64,000 nucleotides of DNA. Origin: Octopus bimaculoides (Eukaryota). The notes under the pieces are model-generated. The model made no database searches, was not told where the DNA came from, and saw only the letters and a list, made by a program, of their open reading frames with translations. Of the stretch, positions 53,243-64,000 are shown in pieces. The stretch spans positions 119,880,663 to 119,944,662 of the forward strand of contig NC_068981.1 in the NCBI RefSeq assembly GCF_001194135.2, written 5' to 3'. A program made the position numbers and the translations under genes. Position 1 is the first letter of the stretch. Each line of letters opens with the position of its first letter.

Positions 53243-54165
53243 AGTGGTGCTTTTTCCTGGAACGAACCCAAACTGTATCTCATCTAAACTGACTCTCTCC
53301 CTAATGTGTTGGGCTATGACCCTCTCTGTGACCTTCATTACCTGGTCCAACAACTTGATACCTCTATAATTATTCGTATCTAATGTATCACCTTTACCTT
53401 TGTCGCAGTTGACTATGGTGCTGCTACACCAGTCATTGGGTATGACTCCTTCGTGTATCCCCTGATTAACTATACGGGTCATTAGGCTATAGCTGACACT
53501 GCCAGATATTTTGAGCATCTCTGCAGTGATTCCTGATGGGCTGGGGGCTTTCCTTGTCTTCATACTCTTGATCGCTTTATCTACTAAGGTACTGTCAATT
53601 AGGATAGCTGGTCCCTCTGTTGGGTCGACATATGGCAGGCTCTCTTTCTCCCATTCATTCTCTTTATTAAGCAGTCTTTCATAGTGGCGTCTCCAGACCT
53701 CTCTCTTTGCAGCCTCGTTTAGCGCGAGTGAGCCATCATCCAAGCGGACACATTTCTCACCTACATCACGATTCTTTCTCAAACACTGTCTTGCAACACG
53801 AAATACTTCAAGTCTTTGGTCCTCACGGCACAGAACATTGGCAAGTTTTTTCTTATCTGCTTCCCCTCTGGCTAAGTAAACCTGTCTCCTAGCTTCCCTT
53901 CTGGCAGTCTGATACAATTCCATGCTACCTCTGTTCTTCCCGTCCTTCCAAGCCTGTTTCTTTTGTCTAATAGCCCTGTCAATCACATTGTTCCACCACC
54001 ACATGACTTTGGGTCGAGAGGGGACTTTACACCAGCCACAGATCTGGTCGGTGGCTCTCAGCAGGTTGTCCCGTAGAAACCTCCAGCTGTCTTCCACGTT
54101 GTGTGATGCTATATCCCCTTCTACTTCGTCAAATGCTTCGAGTAATATGTCTCTAAATCTGAGAT
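53243..54165 (-). mobile_element. RTE LINE fragment (EN-RT linker and RT N-terminus), cut by an N-gap
   Basis: WWWNNVID...KAPSPSGITAEMLK...NYRGIKLLDQVMKVTER...QFGFVPGKSTT. Confidence 0.93.
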
Positions 54166-54449
54166 GGGAGTAATATGAAAAGGCTGAAAGTTGAAAAATC
54201 TTAGCTGTACATATCCTGGAATTCATATTCTGTCAGCAGAAGAGATTCGAAGTCGATTTGGAAAAAGTGGGATATTGAACTGGTGTATATAGAGTTAGGG
54301 TTAGGTAGTAATCGAAGAGAGAGAGAGGGGGAGAGAGAGAGAGAGTGAGACAGAGAGAGGGACAGGCAGTAAGTACATCACACGGGAATAATTCTTTGGG
54401 TTTTCGGTAACATAATTGAATGAGACAGCAAATGCTTAAATCATATATG

Positions 54450-54487
<38 letters not shown>

Positions 54488-54499
54488 TGTATTTATATA

Positions 54500-56790
54500 T
54501 CTATATTAAAATACAACAAACGAAAGACAGAAGATGGAATATAAGACAATTTATTATTAATCACAACAATTGTTTCGATACATCTAGTATCGACTCCTCT
54601 TGTGGGATACTTAACCACTGGTTGAGGAGTAACTGGTGATGCAGACGCATCTCGTCAGGTAATAAATAAATAAAAACAACTCGTTAAAATGACTGTTTCA
54701 CAATGTAAGTTTCTGTTTTGTAGAGAGAAAATCAGCCTGACGGAGGAAAAATCTTCATATGTATAGAAGATCAAAAATAAAATTGCAGAAGACAAAAAGA
54801 GAAATGAACACGTAATCCAGTGAGAAAAGTATTGAAAATAACCGTTAACAGACTTGGATGTATAAACACCTTTGGACAAGCTGCATGGCACGAGTACACG
54901 TGCTTATACAAGCATCAGCAAAAATGTGAGCATATGCACACACAAGGTTTGGTGCATTAATGATTACAAAGTGATTTAGTTATTTATTAGGTGTTTAGAA
55001 GAACGAGGAGGTTAAAAGAAAACGTAAGTCATCCATACCTCTAAGTGAATTAAATTACATTAAGTTAATGGTTACTCAAAATTCATTCTCACCGCATTGA
55101 GCGAAAGTACATTTATATGTGTGTAGGTATCTCAAGAGTCGTTCAGAAATTCTATTAAGTATCTCCTCGTTAGTCCACAGAATAGACAGGGATTCCTCAG
55201 AGACAGCATCTCCTGGAAATTACACAGTATGGTTTTGCATGTCTAACTATGGACCAATTAATGGTGTATTTCATTTTACCCTCCTTCAGTCGCCATATAA
55301 AATCTACCGAAGATGTCGAATGTCTCTTATTGATTGACTTAAAGCTGGCAACATGGTTATGACATCGATTCTTAAATGAATCAGCCGTTTGCCCAATGTA
55401 AATACAGGGCCCTCCCCTTGTGTGCACAGTACATTTATATACAAGATTTGTACTCATACAGAGATTCATCAAAGGACATTTTGATCTATCTCTGCATGAG
55501 CATTTATCATATTTATTTATATATAAGGCACTCCCGACTTCATTTACTGGCGTTATCATGCTAGCTGTACCATGAGTATTTCTACTACTACAAATTGGTC
55601 GAAGTTGATGATTGGTTGGTATTTAGATGCAAATGTTTGCTAGATCCAGTAGGTGGGTTATTGATCTTTTGCCACATTTTGCTATTGTTTATGCAATGCA
55701 TAAGCTGCTCTAAATTAGAGTTAGCGTAGGATAAATTCATGGTGTGTTGATTAAAAATAGCATAATACCAATTAGATTTAGGAAAACATTTGTCCAAAGC
55801 AGCAAAAAATTTACCAGCAATCCTGGTTGAAACATGCAAACCGAAAATTGGGTTGAACCAGAGGACATCCTGATTCCTATATCTGTTGTTAGGTTTATTT
55901 GATTGAGTGTGTTGTACAGGATTGGAACAAGCAGTTGAATTACTATGTTGCATGTGTCTATGAGTTTTCTTTGGTAGTTCATTGACATGACCAATTCTTT
56001 CTGGCTTGTATTCTTTATCGGACTGATTTCTCAAATGGTAACGTTGTGTTGCTTATGCCAGCATCTTGTTTATAATGAATTTTACCAAGGTAACCAGCCT
56101 TAGCTGGAGCATCATTATAATAAGATGCATGAGATCCAAAACTTTTACTGTTAGCAGATGATCTAGAGATTCTGGTAGAAATACTCTTAACTAGTCCTGT
56201 ATAATCGAGGGTGGACGGTTGGATGCTACATTAATGTACTTAATATGATCATTCAGCTTATGAAATGGTTCAAATAATCCAGTATCAAAACAGAAGGTAG
56301 CATCAAGAAAATTCACTCTACGATAATCTTTACCTATAGTAATGCTTAGTACTAAATTTTTGAAAGGTCTAAAGAAATTTTTCCTACGCCTTTCTAACTG
56401 TACTTTACTACTTCTGGCTAGAAAAAATAAAGCATCATCCTTATATAGACCCTGTTACTTCCGGAAAGAAAGACTGGATTAATGAAAGGATATATATTCC
56501 AACTAGGTCACAGGACTGAGCAGAATTGTGTGAGCCCATTGCTATATCAAATACATTTTCCCTATCTAATCTACTCCATAAATATAACATCAAAATCTAC
56601 TGGAGTGGCTCGCACAGCAAGAATAATATCTATTTCGCATCGGGACAAATCAGAATTTTTCATGCTAAAAATCAGGGCTTGATTGAGAATGATCGGGTTG
56701 ATAGTAGCATAGTAGCTCTCTATATCAAGTTACAAGAATTTACTAGTCTTACTAATTTCTAGAAGCTTGAACTATCCAACCACCTCTTGG
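54500..56790 (-). mobile_element. Penelope-like retroelement (RT, GIY-YIG and pLTR), decayed
   Basis: GLYKDDAL RT core near 56440, WFNP linker (ORF 55588-56034), GIY-YIG region LVYKC...YIGQTADSFKNRCHNH (ORF 55197-55559), hammerhead in the 3' region. Confidence 0.93.
54551..54669 (-). ncRNA. Type I hammerhead ribozyme with intact core and enlarged helix II
   Basis: TTATTTATTAC-CTGACGA-GATGC...GTATC-GAAA-CAATTG-TT^GTGATTAATAA. GUU triplet, helix I 10 of 11 paired. Confidence 0.8.
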
Positions 56791-56985
56791 GCATCAGACC
56801 AGAGGGCTAATCTAATTTCAGACTTACGGATGGGTATTACCCTGTCGTATGTATTTATGTATACATATATATATATATATATACATACACACACACACAC
56901 ACATCTATATATTTATGTATCTATATTAAAATATTAGGAAAATATGAGATTTATAAGCCCTAAAATTAACTTCATAATTGCCCAT

Positions 56986-57235
56986 GGGCATATGGCATAG
57001 TCGTTAAGAACACGGGCTACTAACCCCAAGATTCCGAGTTCAATTCCAAGCAGTGACCTGAATAATAATAATAATAATAATAATAACAACAACATTGAAA
57101 AATACCTTAGGAATGAGAACCTAGGTTTGAAATTTCCCCAAGACACCTGATGAAGGCTAGAGGGTATATCAGCCGAAATGTTGTGTAAACAGCAAACAAG
57201 ATGCGGACAAATATCCATATAATGTAAATAATTCC
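56986..57235 (+). mobile_element. tRNA-Ser-like SINE carrying a 3' hammerhead motif
   Basis: A box TGGCATAGTCGTTAA, loop CT-ACT-AA, B box GAGTTCAATTCC, (AAT)n, then GACAC-CTGATGA-AGGCT...AGCC-GAAA-TGTT^GTGT (57142-57187). Confidence 0.8.
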
Positions 57236-57319
57236 TCACTCTTAAATATAGAATTGTATTATCTATATTAAAATATATATATTAATATATATTATATATA
57301 TTATACTAATATATATACA

Positions 57320-57547
57320 TATTAAAATTTCTGGCCTGTACTCTTTATCTGAGTGATTTCTCAAATGGTAACGTTGTGGTGATATACAATGTGCATCACA
57401 GTTGTACGAATTACTAGTGTTGCATATGCCAGCATCTTGTTTATAAGGAATTTTATCAAGGTACCCAGCCTTAGCTAGAGCATCATTATAATAAGATGCA
57501 TAAAATTCGAAAATTTTACTGTTAGCAGAAAATCTAGAGATTCTGGT
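57320..57547 (-). mobile_element. Short paralogous Penelope fragment
   Basis: Matches 56003-56180 apart from an extra segment of about 45 bp. Confidence 0.75.
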
Positions 57548-57705
57548 TTTGGCATGATTTTTACAGCTGGATGCTCTACCAAACGCCAGTCACTGCACAA
57601 TGTGGAGTGGATGCTTTTTAAGTGACTTGGCAGGTCACCAATACATATATGTATATATACACACACACATATATATATATATACATATGTATTTATGTAT
57701 GCATA

Positions 57706-57747
<42 letters not shown>

Positions 57748-57761
57748 GATANNNNNNNNNN

Positions 57762-57804
<43 letters not shown>

Positions 57805-57899
57805 GGAAAATTCACAAAAAAAACATCATGTTTTGACATCATGAAGGTCATCGGACCATACAAAATCTGCCTCAATAAACTCCATCTGACCCACGTAAG

Positions 57900-58040
57900 A
57901 CAGGTGGTGTAGACAACAAACAGATGTATTAGTATAACACTCGGGAAGTGAAAAAGTCTTTAACGTTTCGAGCCTATGCTCTTCCACAGGAAGGAACACA
58001 GAAAGAAACAAGAAGAGAAAATAAAGAATGTGTAGTGGCT
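57900..58040 (-). mobile_element. Short repeat with a hammerhead-like motif
   Basis: CTGTGGA-AGAGC(ATAG)GCTC-GAAA-CGTT-AAAGAC at 57989-57956. Confidence 0.55.
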
Positions 58041-59467
58041 AGTGATCTCTCTCTCTCGTGGCCGTTGCCAGTACCCCCTGACTGGCCTTCGTGCCGGTGG
58101 CACGTAAAAGCACCCACTACACTCTCTGAGTGGTTGACGTTAGGAAGGGCATCCATCTGTAGAAACTCTGCCAAATCAGATTGGAGCCTGGTGTAGCCAT
58201 CTGGTTTCACCAGTCCTCAGTCAAATCGTCCAACCCATGCTAGCATGGAAAGCAGACGTTAAACGATGACGATGATGATGATATATATATATATATAACT
58301 TTTACATTCAGCAGTTTCACATATGTACATTTAAAGGGTATTGAAATACATAAGTTAGCCGAGAGTATCTTTGCAGTTAATTATAAGGAAATTCTTTCAG
58401 GGGCTATTTGAAAATATGAAAACGAGCAAGGAAAGTAATTCTAGGAATATGTCTTTGGTATTACAGATGATAGCAACGGATGTCTTCCTATTGCGTCAGA
58501 TCTTATCAACCAAACATATTCGATACATCTACAATAGATTGTAATATAGTAAAGTGAAAAATTGAATTATCTTTGCAGTAAAAGCTTAGAAATAAAAAGG
58601 GGGAGATAACTCTATTAAAACATCGAAATCCAATTTCTTGTGGAAATGAAAACAATGCATTTACAAGTTGATCATGTTTTTTTATGACTTGTTAAATTTC
58701 ATCAACACAGTTAGAAAGACTTAAAAGTGATTAGTATATACAGAAATACAGAGAAAATAGCAACTCTTATTATGAATAAACACTATCTAGATTTCAAAAT
58801 TTTATATTAATCAATATATCTGTAATTATCTCCCTTGCATTTTGGTTTTAAATTTTAAACACCCTGCCACTTATCTTAGTTTCTGCCTCTTAATTGCAAG
58901 GATAATTCTCAGTAGAGTGAAGTCTATTAACTCGTTCTGCTATGTATGAGACAGTATAGTATGTTTTTATCATCTTCTACTATCATCCAAGGTCAAGCAA
59001 AGCCGTGTGAGTGGATTTGATTGATGGAAACGGAAAGAAGCCCATCGTGTGTGTATGTGTCTCCTTGTTTTGACATCATGGTCATCAGACCATACAAAAT
59101 CTGCCTCAATAAACTCCATCTGACCCACGTAAGCATGGAAAAGTGAAAGCTAAGTTGATTATATATATATATATATATATATATAATTGTCATCATCGTT
59201 TAATGTCCTCCTTCCATGGTGCCATGGTTTGACAGGAGCTGGCCAAGCACAAGACTGTACCATAGATTGGACTGACCACTTATTACGTGGCATGAGCACA
59301 GGCACGATCAGTTTTGGCATGATTTTTACAGCTGGATGCCCTATCAAACGCCAGCCACTGCACAGTGTGGAGTGGATGCTTTTTAAGTGACTCAGCAGGT
59401 CACCAATACATATACATATATGTATATACACACACACATATATATATACATATGTATTTATGCCTGC

Positions 59468-59516
<49 letters not shown>

Positions 59517-60779
59517 TATACATATACTCGTATTCATCTTGGTGATTCAAATACATCAGATACATGCCACTGACCACTTTGAGTTATTTCTGTAAGCACC
59601 TTTTTTGTTTCCTTTGTGCAAATTAACAAAGCTATATACTCTTTTTTTTAAAACGTCTATGTGTATTGTCTGCTGAAGAGAAGATGTGTATTGTCTGCTG
59701 AAGATAAGATAGGACAATTGTTGTGTTGTTAACACTGATTGAAGCAGAAACATGTCCATGGTTATCCTTTTGACTTCCGGCAGTCACAGTTATTTCCTTA
59801 ATGGTACGTCTATTATAAAGAATCTGTGATTCTTGGGAGTACCTCCCACTTCTTATTTTAAGTCCACCAAGTGATTATGCTACCCTCTCTTGAAGTTGAA
59901 TATCAATAAAGCAAGAATTTATCTCATGTTATCTAATACACCTTTATTATCTACACTGTTCAGATACATGCCACTAATCAACCTAAGTTACTTCTCTTAG
60001 CACATTTTCATGCACACACGCAGAATAGTATAGAATGTCCAGACTACACAATTCTCTTTCTCTCTCTCTCTCTCTCTGTTTCTCATAAGGTGAGTGGGGT
60101 GGGGGTAGTACTGAATATACTTATTTCCTTCATCTCTTTCTCATTGTATATAAAGTACATATACACTCACTCACATTCATACTCTGACACACATACATAC
60201 ACTCAAAAGAAACTACGGAATTATGAAAAATAGAAATCAGGATATCAAAAGCAGAAAACAAATTTATCAATCTTAAATACTGGTTTCAAATTCTGATGCA
60301 GAGTCAGCAAGTTCTGGGGAGGGGGTAAGTTGATTATATCAACCCCAGGGTTCAACTGGTACTTATTTTATTGACCCTGAAAGAATGAAAGGCAAAGTAG
60401 ACCTTGGCAGAATTTGAACTCAGAGCATAAAGACAGATGAAATATTGTTAAGCATTTTGCTTGACATGCTACTGATTCTGCCAGCTTGCTAAATACTAGA
60501 AACATTCAAATAAGATTAAAGTTTCAAACAATCAAATGCTATAAATTTTAAAATTTGAAACAATTTTTACATTTGATACAATTGCAATTGTATTGTAATA
60601 TTCAGGGCTGAAAAGTCAGGGAGTCAGAATCAGAAGTAATTATTAGGTTACAGGAATCAGGGTTGGATTTTCCTTCACAATATTATTTTTCATTTAATTT
60701 AGTGTAAACTTTCATGTTACATTCACTTCAATGTTATATGACAACAAAGTTTTAATCTCAAAAGTAAGGGTTATATATC

Positions 60780-61260
60780 TATGTATTTACTTGATAGTCA
60801 GACTGACGCAATCATTTGTGATTTCCATCTTTCTATATGCCTGTAAGGCTTGGACATTAACAGCAGAAGTGAGAAAAAAGGTAAGCACAATGGAAATGAG
60901 ATGCTACAAATGGTATCTAGGTTATCTCATAAAAGAACACATGACAAATAATGAAGTGAGATGAGAATAACCTGGGCTATTGGACTACACAAGGGCCTGC
61001 TGGCAATTGTAGTCAAGGAAACAGAAATGTTATGACCATGTCACAAGAAACCTGGCCCAGCACAGACAATCCTGCAAGGTGCAGTGGAAGGTGACTGAAT
61101 GTAGGGAAGGCCAAGAAAAACACAGGCTTGTAACATCAAAAAGTGGACAGGCCTGAATTTTGCCACCTCAGAGCAGAAGAAGCCTAAAAGATGTGGCAAA
61201 ATCTGGTTGTGATATCACCAATGAATGCCTCAACAACCACAAGTCAAGGGATAAAGACAG
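60780..61260 (+). mobile_element. Decayed RTE LINE 3' part
   Basis: SIFLYACKAWTLTAEVRKKVSTMEMRCY...TNNEVR. Confidence 0.75.
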
Positions 61261-61477
61261 GGTAGTATCTACTTGAGTTTTCTTTTAAAATGTCATTTGT
61301 TAAATAGCTTCAGGTTTTCAATCTTTTAGTTTTCATTTTGATGAGCTCTAGAATTTTGAATTTATAAACAAAGAAGTTCCTGTTTATCTTGCGTAACATT
61401 TTTATAGTTTATTATTTTTATATCAACAAGCAAAGTAGCTAGTTAGAAAATCTCTGTAAGAGATGAAAGCAGTAACT

Positions 61478-61730
61478 ATTGGTTCATCCCATAAGTAATG
61501 CGTTTTTCTCATTTGCATGAGCTAAAAGTCAAAGGGAGATGGGTTAAACTAACTGCATCAACTTGCTATAAAAGCAGATAGGAATTTTATCTCAACCTTA
61601 TTCTTAGTGCAAGTTTTGAAGAGTGCAGTTCGATTGTAACAGTTATTTTTTCAAAGCTATAATAGAAATAACAAAGGAGCATATTCGGCATATTTTGCTT
61701 TATGGGTTTAATAGAAGCAACAACAAAGGT
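61478..61730 (+). mobile_element. Mariner left-end fragment
   Basis: TIR-like TTGGTTCATCCCATAAGTAATGC, then EITKEHIRHILLYGFN resembling a mariner transposase start. Confidence 0.6.
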
Positions 61731-62607
61731 AGAATAATCTATTTGGATATGGCCAGTTTAAATGCTAAAAGGTTAAAAAAAAAAAAACAGCCTCAGTTTT
61801 GAAATTTTTCAAGTTTTGTCTTATATTTTATTATGTGTAACTTCTTTAATAAATAATTTTTTCTACTATAGGCACATGACCAGAAATTTGTGGGGAAGGA
61901 GTTAGTTGATTATATTGACCCCCAGGGCTTACTTGACTGACCTGAAAAATGATAGGCAAAGTCAACTTCAGGAGGATTTGAACCCAGATTGTAAAGCCAG
62001 AATTTCATACTACTAAGCATTTTGCTCAGCATGCTAACGATTCTGCCAGTTCACCACTTTAACTTCTTTAACAAATAATGTAAGTCACAACAGCATAGAT
62101 TTAGCCTTCAAATCCAAAGTTTAACAAGTTCGGGTGCTAAAAAGTAGTCTCATAATTTACATTGGCAATATATGTTGTATACTTTCAATCAATATAAAAA
62201 CTATATGATTAGTCTAATTACAAATAGAGGAGTTGGAGTCAGGTGTCAGTGATACCATAAATTGAAGAATCAGAACCGAAGATTTTTTGTACCAACTCTA
62301 CAGCTCAAGCAATATTTGGTTATAAAATACCATAATAAAAGGAATAATGAATACATATGCACAAATACCAGTTTATTATTTCTGGGATTGTTTGCCATAT
62401 GATTTATAAATGTACAAATTCTCAACTAGAAAATAACTTTCATCCATTACACACAATCAAGAAGTATCTCAAGATGAGCATAAATAAAGAATTGGTGCTA
62501 GGTATATTTCCTCTCTCTGCAGGTCTTTTACAAAAGCGTTTAGTCACTTTCTCTTTGCATTACATCATTTGGTTGGTAGCATTTATTTTTGCGGAATATT
62601 TGTTCAT

Positions 62608-63190
62608 TCAATCATCATCATCATCATCATCATCGTTTAACGTCCGCTTTCCATGCTAGCATGGGTTGGACGATTTGACTGAGGACTGGCAAGCCAGAAG
62701 GCCGCACCAGGCTCCAATCTGATCTGGCAGAGTTTCTACAGCTGGATGCCCTTCCTAAACTCCAACCACTCCAAGAGTGTAGTGGGTGCTTTTATGTGCC
62801 ACCAGTACGAGAGCCAGTCGCACGGTACTGGCAACAGCCACGCTCAAAAAGGTGTTTTTTACATGCCACCTGCACGGGAGCCAGTCCAGTGGCACTGGCA
62901 ACGACCTCGTTCGAATGATTTTCTAACATGCCACCAGCACAAGTGCTAGAAGGCAACGCTGGTAACGATTACTCTCTAATGGTGCTATTTACGGGCCACT
63001 AGCACAGAAGCCAGACAGCTGCTCTGGCAATGAACATGCTCAACAGTGCTGTTAGTGCTCCACTGGTGTGGTGACCAGTCATCGAGTATGGTTCAATTAC
63101 GATTTCACTTGCCCCAACAGGTCTTCACAAGCAGAGTTTAGTGTCCAATGAAGGAGAGGTTGGCATGGGTACCAGTCGTCGGATTCGGTT
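62608..63190 (-). mobile_element. Young RTE-tail/SINE copy, family B
   Basis: Reverse complement of the family-B tail, with (ATC)n on the plus strand. Confidence 0.9.
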
Positions 63191-64000
63191 TGATTTCCAT
63201 TTCAGATTTCAAATTCCAAATTCACTTGCTTTACAAAATAAATGTGCTGGAAAATGTACACTTAGAGAATAGACCAGAATCTAAATCATGATTATTGTCA
63301 GAATCCCATGAACATCATAAAGATGACAGATCCATTTCTTTATATCAAGAGAACTGCTTAGGTCTTACTTTGTTATTTTTGATATATTGTGAAATATAAT
63401 TTTTGGTGTCTATAGCAAAGGTCAATGGTATTTATAGCCATTTATAAAAGTAACCTTTAGACATTAATACTGCAAAAAAATTGTTTTCTATCATTTAATC
63501 TACTAAAACACTCTCACATCATTTAAAGTAATTTAAGACATCCAGTCACCTTAATTTCTTAATTTCTTTAAAAAAGTGAGTAGAATACAGTTGTCCAAGA
63601 TACACTGTCTGAAAATGAAAGACAGGAAAACTAGAACATTCTTCACTATAAGTTTGATCTGGGCTTTAACAAAGCCAACTGTATGAATCAATATTCTATT
63701 TTATGGTTTTATAAAGACGAGTAAACCCTATTACAATGTGATTAGAGCACAGCAATTATTTCATTATTTCACTATCACTTATGTTTTAATTTCAGTTAAT
63801 ACACACACACAGTGTACAAAGATGGACATAAATCATTTCTGAGATCACTTATGACTAAGCTTGAAGAAAGAAGCATTTATTATTGTACAAACAACATTTC
63901 ATATACTTTTTGCTGGTAACAATTAGGTAAAAAGAAACAACACACCATAAAACCAAAGAGAGAAAGTGAAGAACAATTGGGATATAATGTGGTAAATACA

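Noticed and set aside
54294-54305. GTTAGGGTTAGG telomere-like motif near the Penelope end
   Set aside because: Only two units, compatible with chance.
56986-57060. Functional tRNA gene
   Set aside because: No proper acceptor stem, and it runs into a SINE body.
59693-59762. CTGAAGA...GAAACATGTC hammerhead-like motif
   Set aside because: Helices I and II do not pair convincingly.
43500-64000. CREB KID (RRPSY) and Q1 exons
   Set aside because: Searched by eye on the minus strand and not found; presumed beyond the window, though I may have missed one.

Overview
Eukaryotic, AT-rich, microsatellite-dense draft-assembly DNA with eight N-gaps. The repeat content (tRNA-derived SINEs, RTE LINEs with (GAT)n tails, Penelope-like elements, mariner MITEs) suggests an octopus/cephalopod genome; this is an inference from recalled repeat families. 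The only host gene I can support is the 3' half of a CREB1/CREM-family bZIP gene on the minus strand: Q2 exon 43493-43314, exon 36884-36731 and last exon 35205-35061, all with canonical in-frame GT-AG junctions. I could not find the Q1/KID (RRPSY) exons, so they probably lie beyond 64000, which would make 35-64 kb intragenic. The rest is mostly transposon debris: two Penelope-like elements, an internally deleted Ty3/gypsy with both LTRs and a 5-bp TSD, several RTE LINEs, a CRE-clade remnant, and mariner, Tigger, Tc1, piggyBac and unclassified MITEs. Main leads: (1) five minimal type I hammerhead-ribozyme motifs in different carriers, one with an intact core on the CREB sense strand inside a CREB intron; (2) a candidate 24-nt CREB microexon with an exactly duplicated splice donor whose second copy adds a stop codon, plus an internal Met that could give a 77-aa bZIP-only repressor; (3) an Arg-to-Ser change in the CREB basic region; (4) conserved-miRNA seed sites downstream of the stop codon, one buried in a hairpin. 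Everything was read by eye and no searches were run.
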